DNA from: Amphiscolops sp. MND2022
Lineage: Eukaryota
DNA length: 64,000 nucleotides
NCBI GenBank assembly: GCA_964187785.1
Contig: OZ076409.1
Span: forward strand, 64,606,001-64,670,000
Direction of reading: 5' to 3'
Made by a program: the position numbers and the translations under genes. Each line of letters opens with the position of its first letter. Positions within the stretch are counted from its first letter, which is position 1. Positions 36,441 through 50,617 of this stretch are shown here, one piece after another. Under the pieces are notes generated by a model. The model saw only the letters and a program-made list of their open reading frames with translations, did no database searches and was not told the DNA's origin.

Positions 36441-37967
36441 GAGCATCTACAACATTTTTATTGCCAAGGCTCAGGGCCTCCCTTTTTTTATGAACCCATC
36501 CGTTGCAAAGCCTACAATTTACCCAGTCTATCAATCCTGAGGGCTTCAGACACTTCAGAGCGTTGCAGGTTTCGTTGTTTTCCATCACAACTCAACCTCG
36601 AATTCTAACCAATTGCAGGAATACCACATTTGGATGTGTGCCAATCTCCTCAAAAAACAATCACAACAGCAGTGAAGCAATCCGTGTATGAAAAAAACAT
36701 TGAATTGATAAAATAAATTATCAACGGATTTATCGCACCGGGTTGTGATGGTTCTTTCAGCCTAAGTGCAGCGACAAACTAACAAAACAGCGTCAGAGAT
36801 GTTTTCCAGTCTCAAATTCAAATCATTGCAATCTCTGAAGCTATTCAACAGTCCATCACAACAATTAGGTTTTTAGGATCATACACTCTTAGTCTAAATA
36901 CTTCGTTTTTTTTTACTTTTCAGAACTGATGATAACATTAATTGTCGGAAACGATTTTCACCACTAGTTGTTTTTCTATTATAACCAATAGATATTATTT
37001 TTATAATTTCTGCGAAATTCCCCTGTTTGCGAAATAATGACAAAGAAATCGAAATAACCCTGATGCGTATGTTTATAATGGACGTATACAAAAGACTATT
37101 CAAACAACTAAACAAAACAGACAGCACCACAGCGGATCCTCCAAACACAGGAGCATCAGCGAAGGACTACGTCTGCTAGAGGTTCGAAATTTACTTTGTT
37201 TTAATTTGTAAGATTGACTTTTTGTCCTTTCACCATATGATTCATAATTGCGAGGTCACATCTTCGTTTTTAGTAGATAATTCTGGAACAGAATTCCACA
37301 AATGATTGTCGACTAAATTCTGTTCGTACTTCAGGTACATGGAACGTACTGGAACAAACAATCCAAAAAACCGCGAGTAATCGTTTATGGTTTTACAGGG
37401 TCCTAAAATTGGGTAGTTAACTTCCGCTATTTGTATGCACGGCGAGCTTTGATAGTTCAAATACGTAATGGTAGAAAACATTCTTGATTTGGCATCTTTT
37501 GAACAATTCATTAGAAAGATAACTTATGTTCTCAAAAAACAAAAAACGGAGATTTTTGTCGAAACAAGAAGCATTATTCGGTACACCTTTCGTTCGTGTA
37601 TCGATATATCAAGAGTCCTCATTGGATAAAAGGTTTCATGTATGTGTTGTAAAACCTTACCATTACAGAACTACTGGTGAAAGGTCCAAGACTGTTAATA
37701 ACAGATAACGTTTGGCTGATTTAGTCAACACCCCTTGGACGTGGAAAATGTAAGTTAGGTTTTTTATTGAGGAAGATACCCAGGTGTTTGACGTATTGAG
37801 TACAGGTTCTTTTAGTCTTTTTAAAAACTATGTTGTCATCTTTTCAGGTCAGGAAATGGACCACTTCAGTTTCAGGAATGTTTTGGTTGAGTTAACTCAC
37901 GGCCATCATTCAGGAATGAGTGCAACTTCATCTTGCAGTGAAGATGTTTCACTTTTGTTTTCACATA

Positions 37968-39000
37968 TCATTAAAGTGCACAGGGAAGCTTTTCGCTGCT
38001 TTTCGTGGAATCCGGGACACGAGAATTGAGATAAGTCGTGGAATCCAGGACAAAATTTCTCTTTGATGTTAAGCATGTCTTGGAGTCCACGACAGTGCTT
38101 GTCCTGGATTCCACGCCAATACTGCTGCTATAATGACACTTTTGCCGCTGCTCTCTGATTAGTCCGCTGATTTTGAGTAATCAATTTAAATTAATTTAAT
38201 TTTATATCAAAGGAAATTGTTTTGATTGACACAAAAAATCCAAGAAGTACCAATAGAGACACTCGTGACTGGTACCAAAAATGAAACATGTCATCAAATA
38301 ATGGCAGATTGTGATGATCTGGCAGTTTGTTCAAAACGGTACTAAACTTGAAAATACGAATATTTGTGTTATATAATATTCATTTTGCATGATCATTATT
38401 AGAAAGGCAGAAGAATTTAAATTAATTCAATTTTATATCGAAGGAAATTGTTTTGATTGACACGAAAAGTCCCAAAGTACGAATAGAGATACTCATGACT
38501 GGTACCAAAATTAAAGCATGTCATCAAATAATAGCAGATTGTGATTATCTTGCAGTTTCTTCAAAACTGGTGCTAAACTGAAAATTACAAAAAAATTGTG
38601 TGATATTGGTGTGATTTTCTGAATTATTTTGAATTAATATACGAAAAGTAGTGCATAATATTGTTTGTTCAGTCTTCCACTTGAATTTAATTAAAGAAGA
38701 GATGCCGCATATCGCGTCAAGCATAATGTCGTGGAATCCAGGAAATTTATGATTTCTGCAACCTGACTGGTTCTTTTCTCAAATCTTACGTTTTTGTGGA
38801 ATCCGGGACACCGCTGCATGCCGACAGTTCGTACAGCTAAGCATTTGTTACTGGAATCCACGACTAAATCCGTGGAATCCGGAACAAATGACGTAATTTG
38901 CCAATTTTGCACGGTTAAAGCTATGGTTGTGGAATCCGAGATATTGAACGCACTATGTTGCGCTTTCAGCAAATAACGCTTGCCTGTGCACTCTAATGAT
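37968..39000. mobile_element. Non-autonomous TIR element with GTGGAATCC sub-terminal repeats and an internal ~230-bp-spaced duplication
   Basis: TCATTAAAGTGCACAGGGAAGC versus the reverse complement of GCTTGCCTGTGCACTCTAATGA; 38190-38370 is repeated at 38420-38600. Confidence 0.7.
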
Positions 39001-39039
39001 GAACAATTAGCTAAGAGAAACAGATTATTGTTTACACAT

Positions 39040-39620
39040 GAGTTCAGGAAATCATTAACTTGATTTTTAAAAAGCAGTGGACCAAGAATAGATCCTTACG
39101 GAACAACACTGTCGATAAGTAAAGGCTTTGAGACTCTACCATTAATTGAAACATATTGAATCCGTTCACTTAGATATAATGTGAACCAATCCAAGCAAAC
39201 CCCTCTGACACCTTAGTCTTCAAGTTTGTACAGCAGATATTCGGTGTTTATTACATCGAAGGATTTTTGTAAATTAAATCAAAGGCTTTTATCCATGAAA
39301 TTATTTAATCGTTCATGTAGAACACGTTCATGTTGTTTAATACTGACAAAACAGATATAGGTCTGTAATTTTCACGTATTTGTACATCGGTACAACTCTC
39401 GCGGCTTTTAATACCTGAGGAAAAGTTCCACACCTTGGTAGTTGAACCAGGTTTAAATTCCATAGGCGCGTAGTATGCTAGTGAGTAGGCACTCTTGGCT
39501 GAAGATTCAATCATCCATGTTTCGGAGTAACAGAAAAGACGGTTTGTTTTCACAGAAAGTGTCGTTAGCATTTCTAAAACTTCAAAATGATAATCGATAG
39601 ACCTTATCTTCAAATGGAAA
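39040..39620 (-). mobile_element. Highly deleted LINE (CR1/L2-like) fragment
   Basis: Remnants of SETW, NYRPISVLS, SFDVIN..ILL.KL..GVRG and VVP*GSILGPLLF. Confidence 0.65.
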
Positions 39621-40457
39621 ATCCATTCGTTCCCAGCTCTTTGTACTTTTGGGTTCTTCGATTTTTTTACGTTTCAGCGTGTAAACTAGTGGGCCCCTAA
39701 ACAAAAATGCAAACCACTTTTGCAAACAGAGTAAACAAAATCAGGATTCCATTCATACAACCAAAAGTGGCTAATAATTACAAATTTGGAATCAGTTCCT
39801 TGCCAGACAACAACGTTTGCTATATTTATATTGACAGAGTTACATCTTGACGTTGTTGCGAAAGCTGTGACAGATGCTGATGTCCGCTATGGATACATGA
39901 CTTATTCCTTTTATCGCCACAATGATCACCGTTTGATAGACATCCTCATTTTCGTACATTGTCCCTTTTTCCCTACTGTTGGTTTGAGTCTGCATTAAAT
40001 CAACTCGACAACTCTCCACTGATTTGAGGCTATTTTAAATATTTTGAATATTCAGCCTAAGTGAGTACCTCAAAATGAGTAATCGACAAAAACATACAAG
40101 AAAAAACACTGCAGACCCAATTGATGAAGATCAATGGATGTGTCCATTGTTACTGAAAAATCAGCAACGCGTTCGACAGAGTAGAAGATTGCGATAGCTG
40201 CTCGGATCACTTCTTCAAAATGTCACCGATGGTCTACGAATACATGACAATGCCAAGGGGAATACGGTGTCATGACTCCTGCGCAATCAAAGTGGATGCT
40301 AAATTGAACGAATGTGACACGAGCACAGAAATGCAAATGAAACCTGATTAAACAAAACTGTTACTTCAGAAGAAGCAGTCATGAATAATTTTTATTGTTT
40401 CATGATCAGTGAAAATAAGTTAAAGACTGGGCATCCTCCCGATCAACTGAAGACTCC

Positions 40458-40497
40458 AGAAGAAGAAGAAGAAGAAGAAGAAGAAGAAGAAGAAGAA
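40458..40497 (+). repeat. (GAA)n microsatellite
   Basis: Perfect trinucleotide run. Confidence 0.95.
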
Positions 40498-41180
40498 AGT
40501 GAATTCCGCGGGGTGGACGCCGAATAAGCAGTTCCGCTTTTCTAAGTCGGCGCCCTTTCGATACTATACTACTCCACGGACTCCACAATCAGGAAGCAGC
40601 AGCCGATAGTCGCAACCACATTGAAAAAATTCTTTATTGAAGACGGAGCCACTGAAAGTCAAAGAACCTTAGGACCACAGGAAAGACCACCTGAAACTGA
40701 TGAACTAGTAACGTATTAAAACTGACTTAAATGCGTCAAAGGTTTCGAATAGAACACTCGAATCTTCTGATCATCCAAATACAGTGATGAAAAGATCGAA
40801 GGAAATGAAGCCTGCAACAGAGCAACTCAAGAACCTAAGAATATCACCTGACTGAAATTTTAAAAAGACTTGTAAAAATAGGAGGAAAGTTGACAGCTGG
40901 GGAATTCTGGAACTAAGTACATGAAGTCAGTTAGGACCAAATTTCCAAAAAGTTCCACCATCAATGAATCGAGACAACATAGAACAATTCCGGCTCTAGT
41001 TTTGCAAGGGGATACCTTGACCACGGAGAAATTCATTGGACTCGAAGCACTTGTGAGTAAAACAGAAAGCCTACCGCAAATGATTGAAGCGAGGCTAAAA
41101 ATTAAAGCACTTACATGGAGCCCAAGCTGGCTCAAATTGAGTTGCTTCAATATCGAGAACAGAAAGATGAAACCAGACAA

Positions 41181-41274
41181 AGGAGGAAGAGGAGGAGGAG
41201 GAGGAGGAGGAGGAGGAGGAGGAGGAGGAGGAGGAGGAGGAGGAGGAGGAGGAGGAGGAGGAGGAGGAAGAGGA
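41181..41274 (+). repeat. (GGA)n microsatellite
   Basis: Near-perfect trinucleotide run of about 31 units. Confidence 0.95.
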
Positions 41275-41596
41275 ATTGACTGTTTATCCGCTAATTTTTA
41301 AGACATAAACAACAAAGATTTTGACAAACCTAATGTTTTGAAGAGATACTTCGAACTCATGCTAGATGGATTGAGCGTTGTAAAGTATGTAGAGAGAGAA
41401 ACCAATAATTTGAACTCTTTTCCGGAATTTGATGACAGCTGTGCCAGATACGATGTTTTTAAAATCGAGAAGTACCAAGATATTGACTGGAAATGTTATA
41501 GAACAAATCATGAAAAAGATAGTGAAGAACACAGAATCTTAGAACAAGTGAAAGATGCTTGCACTGATCAACACGAATGTGATAGACTCAAACTTA

Positions 41597-43699
41597 TATA
41601 TACTTTTATATATATATAGCCCCTTTCATGCGGGCATGTTTAGCACCGAATAAGCAATCACGAGTAAAGATTAATTTACACTTGTCAGTAATAGGATGTT
41701 GTAGATAATCGAAATCGTTCGTATGAAATCAATCAAATTCACACAGTCTCGTAGGTCGTAGAGGTTGGAATTTTGTGCGGGTCGGTTCGTAGCTTCGTAT
41801 ATGGTAGAGTCGAAAAAAATGAGTAGCTGTTTCTTCAGTTTCTTTACAAGGGCAAAGCGGGCTAGCAGTCGGAGACTTCTATTGTAAGCAAAGTTATTTA
41901 TTGAGGGGTTGATATCCAGTAGTAGTTCAATAGCGGTCCGCATTACTTGTTCAGTAGTGTTTACTTTCATCAGCATTGGGTCAATGTCAACTCTATGAAC
42001 AAGATTCTTTGGATTCGTAGCTAAATTCGGGTATAGCCACCTAAAGTTCCATCTGTGAAGGGTGTGATTTCTACTTACACTTTCGGTGTAGCTATGGTCA
42101 ACAGATAAATCATTGTTTTTCAGATTGTAGAATTGTTTCATTATGTTTCTCTGAGTTGTGATGACTGTCAATGAATTTTGTTGTTGAATAACACGTTTCC
42201 TCAGATGATCATGATATTGTAGAACTTTCGTTAGAAATTTCGCTGAGATGTTCTGAACAACAATGTCTATTGCAGGTATGCCCAGTAGCACTTCGGTAGC
42301 TATTGAATTCGGATAGTACCTTGTCTCTAAAATATCGCGATTGATGAACGATTGAAAACTTTCGAGCTTCTTGGTATTTTGATTCGCCCATACAGGAGCA
42401 CAGTAGAGTAACGTTGGTAAAGCGAGAGATTTGTATAGAAGGACAAGTGTATTCCGCGAAAGACCCCATTTCTTATTACATTGAAATCTCATTTCTTTCC
42501 ACCGACCTTTGCAACGAGCAGTTTTTTTCTCTACATGCCTTTTAAACGAGAAACTGTCATCGACTATCAGTCCAAGTTTTTTTGTCTCATTGTTTATTTT
42601 ACATTTTCTCCTCTCAATTTGAACACAGGTATACTCACGTCTAAACTAATGAGCACGATTTCGGTCTTGGTGCCATTCAGCTGGATCCGCCATGTTCGAC
42701 ACCAATTTTCGACCGCGTTTAGGTTTTGTTCAACAGTGAGACACGTGCTTGATTGGTTGTCAGTGATCACGAGTATCTGTGAGTCATCTGCATATTTGAA
42801 CTTTATCCCTGCTCTAATATTTAGCAATCTGCAATGTAGAAAATAAAAACAGGGGTGAGAGTACACTTCCCTGTGGTACGCCCTGTTTAGGTTGGAAAGG
42901 ATGGCTAGTCACGTCGTCAAGTCTTGTTCTCACAACACGGTAAGTGAGAAACTTGCTGAGTAGTTTGAAGAGAAGTCATCTGATTCCTGCCGTCCATAGT
43001 TTGAGCAACAACCCATTGTGCCAAACACTATCAAATGCTTTTTCAAGGTCGAGGTTAATGAAAGCAGCTTTCGTTTTGTCTCTAGTAAGTATTTCGTATT
43101 CAACCTTTTTTCAGTACAGTGAACGTGTAGTACTCTTATTTGGTAAGAAGCCTTCTTGTTCGTGATCAATTAAGTTGTTAACCATCAGGAAAGTTTTTAA
43201 TCTGTTGTTTTGTATCCTCTCAAACACTTTACAAATGTGGCTGCTCATGCAGAGGGGTCTTTATGCAGAGGAGTCAGTATGGTCTGGTTTAGATGGTTTT
43301 TTAACAAAAAGAACACGAGATTCAGTCCACGGCTATTGACTATTTGTTAGACAGGAGCTGAAGGGATTCACTAGACATGTACGAAAGTTTGGGCCAGACC
43401 TGACAATCATCTTGAGATGAAAGTTGTTTTCGTCAAATGAAGTTGTGTTGTGAAGTTTGTTAATAACGTTTTCAAGTTCATGCAGCTGGACATCTTCATT
43501 ATACCAAAAAATATCTCGTTCTTGTTTTCTTGTTTTCGCTCGAGTTGGCGAATAAGTTCAATCTGTTGATTCGTCATTTGCTCAAAGTTTTGGTCAATGT
43601 CCTTCTCATTCAAATGTTTCCCGCTGAAAAAAGTGTCCATGAGTACATCGGCTTTTTCTTTGGCTGTGAAGCAAAGTCCGTTTTTACATTTAAGTAAAA
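41597..43699 (-). mobile_element. 5'-truncated LINE (RT, Jockey/I-group-like) with a (TA)n tail and an 11-bp TSD
   Basis: KAFDSVWHNGLL, GVPQGSVL, YADD, LYKSL.LP.L.Y.APVW; TSD ACTCAAACTTA at 41586-41596 and 43700-43710. Confidence 0.88.
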
Positions 43700-46600
43700 A
43701 CTCAAACTTAAAACTTTCAAATAAGAAACTGGAATTGCCTCATCGGGACTTGTGGAAGAAAAGATGGTGTTCTTGTTATTCCATTAATTTGCCCGTTTCC
43801 AATTGAGATTGAACCAAATCATGAATGAAATTGACAATGAGATTTGAATGCAAAAAACAACGACTCATGCATCAAAATTAAGAAAGTCAATCAAACCAAT
43901 TTCCAGAATCTCGTCCCCGACGTTTTGCAGGGCAAAAATGAATCGGATGTAGTATCGTCTCGGAACATTTACATCTTCGACATGAGTTCCGTTCAAAGGC
44001 CAGGGCAAGATTGGAGCTAGTTTTATGGCGGGCTTGGGAAATTTTCCTTTTTGACATTGCAGCTCAAAAGAACGGTTGGTTCCATCATTGCTCGGTAATA
44101 ATTTGGTTATTAGACCAATAGGCCACATTCCTCGTGGTGTGTTATGTTCTAATATCCACACAAGATCGCCTTCTTTCAACACGTCCACAGAATTTTGCCA
44201 TTTTCGTCTCGCACGAAGAGTTGGTATATACTCCTTCATGAGACGCTTCTAGAATTGATCTCGAAGGGATTGTTTCTTTCGGTGCAAAGTTATTAGATCT
44301 TGAGTTTCACAACCTTGATACGCAGGCCGGAGAAAATGATTCAGTGTTAGGGTTTTAACGTATGCTTAGGCTGACTGGTTTTAAAGGGCGACTGTTGAGT
44401 AGTTGCTCGATTTCGCACATTAAAGATGTGAATCAATCTCTTGACAAATATTTTGAATTCGCATTGTTGAAGATCCGTTTCACAAGACCGATCAGTCTCT
44501 CCCAACTTCAACCACAATGTGGTGCTCCGGGAGGATTGAATTTCCACTTTAGAGAAGGCATATGCTCAAGTGCTTGTTCCTCTTCATTAGTTGGTTTCAC
44601 ATTTTTGTCTAACAGCGCTGCACATCGTTGAAAGTTGCTGGCATTATCTGATACGAACAATTCAGGTAGTCCTCTACGAGGGACGAAACGTTTGATTGCT
44701 AAAAGTGTGGAAGTGCAGGTTGTTCCCTCACAAAGTTCAATATGAACGGCTCGAGTTACCAAACAAGTGAAAATCAGACGATAGAATTGTTCAAACCTTG
44801 TTTTTGGTTATCGACAGCCCAAAGGGGCCAAAATTATCTAATCCGACGTTTTTGAAAACTTCAGGACGTGAAGAAAACCGATATGTGGGAAGGTTGCACA
44901 TCCTTGGTTGAGAGTGCATTTGGCGCTGCCGTCGATACACGAAACATCGATGAATGAGTGATTTCAACGTGGTGCGGAGTTCTAGAATCCAAAACTCCTG
45001 CAGTGAATCATTGTGCAAATGTTCGGCTCCAACATGTCTTTTTGAAGCATGCTGATGTTCCAGAAACAGAAGGACAACTTCATGCGCAGCATCTAAGATG
45101 GTAGGACTAGCAGTTGCAAAGCAACTGGTGTATGTTGGATTCGACTCGCTGACAGGAGGATTCTTTCAGAAGATAGGAAGGGTGAAAATTTGATCATCCT
45201 GCCTTTCGGGGATATTAGTTACTTGCGACATAAACTTATGATTTCGTTTGCAAAATTTTCTCCGTGTGAGATTTTGAATAGTAAAGATGTTGCTTTCAGT
45301 TGAGTTTCAGTGTGAATAATACGGATCCTTCTCAATTTGTTCGTGAAATTCAGAGATGCTATAACAACATTCATTAGGCGACTCCACTTCGAAAATCGTG
45401 AGTAACTAATGAATTTAGAATGATTTGTCACCGTTGTGATGGAAAAGGATTGTGCTTCGGACCATTCATTGTCTTTGGATGAATATGAGAACGGCATCAC
45501 AGGCCATTGGTCCTTTTTGGCTAAAAAAAGATGGACCTCTCAACCAGTCACTATTGCTATGTGTTTCGCTGGCCGGCAATCCAGGTGTAGCGTTATCAGC
45601 AGGGTTTAACTTTGACGGAACATATCGCCATTCTGATCGCTTGCTATGATCTAAAATTTCACTCAACCGGTTTGCAATGAATATTTTGTGACGTTCGTGC
45701 GTCTTACTGATCCAATGTAACACAGAACTACTGTCGGACCAGTGATGGACATCGACAACATTGAAGGTAGTCTCGTTGCTTATGGTACGACGCGTTCGTA
45801 TGGCGTAAACTGCTGCTTGCAGCTCCAGTCGAGGAGTAGTCTGTTTTTTCAATGGGCTTACTCTTGCTTTATCAATTATGAAGTACTTCGCGAGCTGTGC
45901 TCGTCTGACAGAAAGACCTAGAAGGCAATAATTGCCATGGCAGACATAGATGCATCGCAGAAGATATGCAGTTCGACCCCGTCAATTAGAGAGAGTGGAT
46001 GCTGTTTTGGGTTGCTAACATTTTACAGAGTCTCCAATTCTTGGATCCAACGTTTGATCTCACAATGGAAATTAGTATCGGTTATGAGTTGATCGCAGTT
46101 CTGACCAGTTTGCCAAAATTTTTGCAGCAAAATTTTGCGGATGAGGAAAGGCGCGATAAGACCCAAAGGGTCATGCAACTGTGAAATGAGGCTCAGCAGA
46201 CTACGTTGTGTTAACTTGGAGGGCAGCTTTAAGGCTTTTTCAGGAGTTGTGAAACGAATTGTATCTTCGGACACGTTCCATTGAATGCCAATCACACGCT
46301 CCAAATTATCAGCGGCAAACAGTTCCTCCACAGGTTTGCTGAGTAGGGCGGGATCCACGTTCTCACAGAGGGATCGCGAGTTGCTGCACCACTTGACTAT
46401 TTTGAAATTTCCTTCCGAAGCGACGTTTTGTAGTTGATGTTGTACCGATGCAGCTTCATCTATAGTGTCGAACGATGCAACGTAATCATCCAAATAGAAG
46501 TTCGCTTGTACTTGATGGCGTCTGGATATTTTTTCTGCTGGTCTTCGGCAAACTTGCGGACTGCATAGTTTGCGCATATTGGAGAGTCACGGGCCGCGAA

Positions 46601-49600
46601 GATGCGTCGTTCATATTCGAATACGTCCGGGACAGAAAATGTTTTTTTCAAAGAAACCGCAGGAATTGTCGATCCTCCGTTCTGAATTCCACCTGCATGA
46701 ACATGGCTTCAATGTCCGATTGAAGTCCTACACGACGTTCACGAAATCGAAGTTGAATTGCCAATATATTTCCCAGCACATCGAGACTGGCGAGCAGTTT
46801 TTCGTTTGGACAAATGCCTGCATAGCAGGAAGCAGCATTTGTTATGCGACGAAGTTTGCCTGGTTTGGTTTGTTGGGGTTAGTAATACCGTAATGAGGTA
46901 GATACCACTTCGTATCTAGGTCTTCAAGTGCGCTAATTTTACGGATATAACCGGCTTTTAAATCCTTTTAAATCTCAGCGTCATATCGATTGAGTAACCC
47001 AACATCCTTTGCCAATTTTCGTTGAAGGCTCTGGAGATGAAGTTCTGCGAGGCGACGATTATTTGTTAAACATTGGTCCATTATCCAAAGTAAACCCGTT
47101 TCGTAAAGACCCGAAGGAGTTTTAGTTCAGATGGACTCTAAAATTTTCAGAACCTTCTGATTGCCAATGGTATCTATGTCCTTCTCCCTCAGGGTTCCTT
47201 GCGATTCCACTTGCCACCAATTGGAAACATTATCGAGGAGTGCGGACTCCCCACTGAAACATTCGTCACAAAAGTAAGTGTCAACTATTTTGTTTTGGTT
47301 GGATGTTGTTGCACTGGTTAACACACAAGGCCCCGTGAGAAGACAGCCCAATCAACATTGAACTGCCGTAGGCGTGTTTGAAAGGCCATATAATACGTTT
47401 CTACCTACTATCAGATTAAACACATCTAATCCGAGAAGAGCCGTGACGTCGCATGTTTTGAGATTTGGAAAATTAATGCCATTCAAGTGTTTGTAAGAAG
47501 TAGAAACGTAAGAACGATTTGTGTTTAGTTGTGGAATCTGAGGGTTCTCCATCACGAAAACTTTTTTACAAGGATATTTCACTGAGCTGGAGGAATCTGC
47601 TGTTTCTAAATCTGCCTCGTGCACGTACTGAGAACAAGCAGTTCTAATTCCACGCAAAGTCATTTCTTTCGGGTTACGAAGTGGAATTTTCAGGGCCAGA
47701 GCCATGTCTTTGAATAAAATGCTGCAAGTACTACAGTGATCCAAAAACGCGTACGTGGTCACATGGCGATCGTTATTGTGAATCGTAATTGGTAAAATTT
47801 GAAGTAGAACAGTTGCATTGGGCTCCCCTTGTGTTGCAAGGACCTGTTCGGTTGTAGTAGTAGAGTTAACTGATACATTAATTGAACATTGTGCTGATAG
47901 AATTGATGGTCGACCGCCAAGAAGTAATGTATTATGCCGTTCATTGCTATTGGGAAACTTGCACTAGTGTTGCGAAGGACCTTGCGTTACTTTGTGGTTG
48001 GAACTTAAGCATTTGAAACAATAGTTTAACTTTTGTACAACGATGTAACGTTCCCGCGGTGATTTGTTTTTAAAGTGTGCACTGGAACAGAGGATGTTTT
48101 CCATCGTTCAATGGACAGAAACTCGAGGAATTGCGAGAAGGAAATTGTGTGATTGTGGTAACAATTTTCTGAGGGCTTGTGCAACGACGCTGAGTGCTTT
48201 GAGATTTCCATTGAGAGTCAAAATTTCCATAGTTGGAAGTGCTATTGGATCTGATTGTTGAAACTTGCGGAGCGTAACGTGTTTCACTAAACGTCGCCGT
48301 GATATTTTCTTGATGAGGCATAGTGCTTAGGTGAGGTACCCGTTCCCTCGCTTCGGCAATAGGTTTCAACCAGCTGTTGAATGTTTCAAGTGTCGGGTGG
48401 TCAATTTTTCTATTGATGAGAAATTGATGCCATTTGATAGCATCGCTACGAGGCAGTTTGTCGGTTGCGTGTTTAAAATTTGCTGTAGAATCAACGTCTG
48501 CAATTGTTTATGTTCCTTGAATGTGTGAACCATTGCATTTAGGAAAGATGAAATACTTGAAAATCTTTCCCGTCGTGAAAGGACGGGTGGGGCATATGAA
48601 ATAGGCTTTTCAAAGAAACTATTTACGATTAGTGTGGGTTGTCCGAATCGCAAACGGAGTTCTTCCATTGCTCGAGGGAAAAGATCACCATTGCACTTGA
48701 ACCCTTCAATTGTTTCCTTTGCACGGTTTTTGGTCAGACCCTGAAGGTACGCGATCTTCTGATCATTTGTCATTTGAGTGTTGCCGATCATGAACTGGAA
48801 CCTACTACTCCAAACACCTCACTTGAGTGGATTACCATCAAACGGATCAAGTTGAAATTGGGGTAACGACTGCAACAAAGGGTTAAAAATGTATGGCTGT
48901 TGTACCATTGGTGGACACTGTGGTGCGTTCGCCGATGATGTGGAAGGTGTGTTGTCACCATTTTATCCCCTTAACTCAGTGCAACCTGCAACCTGCAACC
49001 GTTGCTTGTGCCGAGGCAAATTGCGGATAGTGGATTGGTTCCGTAAGTTGATTCGCTTGGCGTCCTGACGAGTCAAGGGCGGTGTCATCGCCTAGATTTG
49101 TATCTTGGCTGTTCATTGCTTGTGAGTTCGATTGTGTAGTTATATTGCCATCAAATGCTTCTGCAGATAATGCAGTAGTTATGCCACTTCCCTCATGCGG
49201 ATGGTCAACTTTGAATGGGTTGGTGCGTTCGATAGCTTCAATACTTGCAATTTGAGAGAGTCAGCTTCCAAAGTCACTTGGAGCAGATCAACAGTCAGCG
49301 AGTCCTACTCGTCTGTCGATTCCGCTAGGTCAATCGCAGCAAAAGTTTGTTCTTCCAATTGCGTTAGTTGATCATCAAGGTTTTGCTGTAATTGGACTGC
49401 CAGAGTCAAGTCATTGTCAGTTACTGCTCTATTGAGTGTGGAAAGTGTTGGTTGAATGCGTTGTTTCAAAATGCGCAATTTCGATGTTACAACTGCAGCT
49501 GAATCAGTTTTTTGTTTGTTGGGCATTGTGTACAAGCTAATAAATCTATGAGAAGCAGAAAAAGTATCAGTAACTTCGGCTACCCAGGTCACATCAAACC

Positions 49601-50371
49601 AATCTGCGTCTCTGAAATATTAGACTTGATAAACAATTGAAAAAAAAACAGTCAGATCTTCAGTAACTTTGTCTAGGCAGGCCACATCAGAGCTGAGGAC
49701 TGTTTGTTCCTTTTAGCTGCTCGGCGGCGTTTGGAAAGCCGTGTTTTCTTTTTGGTAAATCATTGTGTCACTGGGTTGATAGCGTCGGATAATGGTCAAT
49801 GTTCGCAATTACAAAATGGGTTTTTGGCGTACCTGTAGAAATTCTTCGAGTAAAAACTGCTTTCAAACTTGTCGAGCAGGTAGAAGATCATTAACTAAGT
49901 CTGTTACAAGTACACCAGTTGACCGTAGTTGTTGGAGAACGTTTGGGGCACCAATTCTTTGACAATAAATAATAGCAGATAAACGATGTTTGATTTTCAA
50001 AACACTTCCATTGAGTTCTTGAGGTGAGCAAGGCTTGTAAAAAGTGCTCTTGTGCTGTGAAATGGTATTGTTAATGATATCGTGCCAAGAATTATGTTTT
50101 CGGTTTTTTTCAGGGGGTACTGCAAAAGGAAATTCAAGGATTTGTTCCTGTTGCGCACAAAAGTTTGGAGGGTGGCACCAGGTATTGCTAACCCGTATGT
50201 ATACAAGCGTTTGCGACTGTTTTTTGGAAGAGTTTGAATTGCATGATCTAATGAACTGGCAGCTACGATTAACATCAACGGAAAAAATAATGAACAATTT
50301 TTCGATTTTGTGTATTTCGAATAAAAGTTATCGTCCAAATACAAGAATTCGAGGAATAAAAAAGCAGATTT

Positions 50372-50389
50372 ATCACGTCGGGGTCATCA
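50372..50389 (-). promoter_or_regulatory. tRNA-Trp primer binding site of the Bel/Pao element
   Basis: TGATGACCCCGACGTGAT has one mismatch to TGGTGACCCCGACGTGAT and lies 8 nt inside the 5' LTR. Confidence 0.8.
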
Positions 50390-50617
50390 TAATTTAATGT
50401 GATAGACTCAAACTTAAAACTTTCAAATAATAAATTGGAATTGCCTCACCGGGATTTGTGGAAGGAAAGATGCTGTTCCTTTGATTCCACTAATTTGCTC
50501 GTTTTCAAATGAGATTGAACCAAGTCATCAATAAAAATGACAATGAAATCTGAATGCAAAAAAAAACAATGACTCATGCATCAAAATCAAGAAAGTCAAT
50601 CAAATCAATCTCCAGAA

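Larger units (their letters stand above)
40060..41577 (+). mobile_element. CR1-like LINE, 5' part (ORF1 and endonuclease remnants), interrupted by the Bel/Pao element
   Basis: APE-like remnants (GRGGG, IDW, ILEQVKDACTDQH); continues in the same orientation after 50618. Confidence 0.5.
41578..50617 (-). mobile_element. Bel/Pao LTR retrotransposon, degenerate; 3' LTR split by a LINE
   Basis: LTR copies at 41578-41596 plus 43700-43973 and at 50398-50617. Gag (KIAYLQG), protease (TYAFLD), RT (NFYLDD), RNase H (DAS, PRLELQAA, WSDS), integrase (GLDNFGP, SDNASNF, WKFNPPGAPH), DUF5641-like tail. Confidence 0.93.

Noticed and set aside
40406..41301. Poly-Leu and poly-Gly ORFs
   Set aside because: Translations of the (GAA)n and (GGA)n microsatellites.
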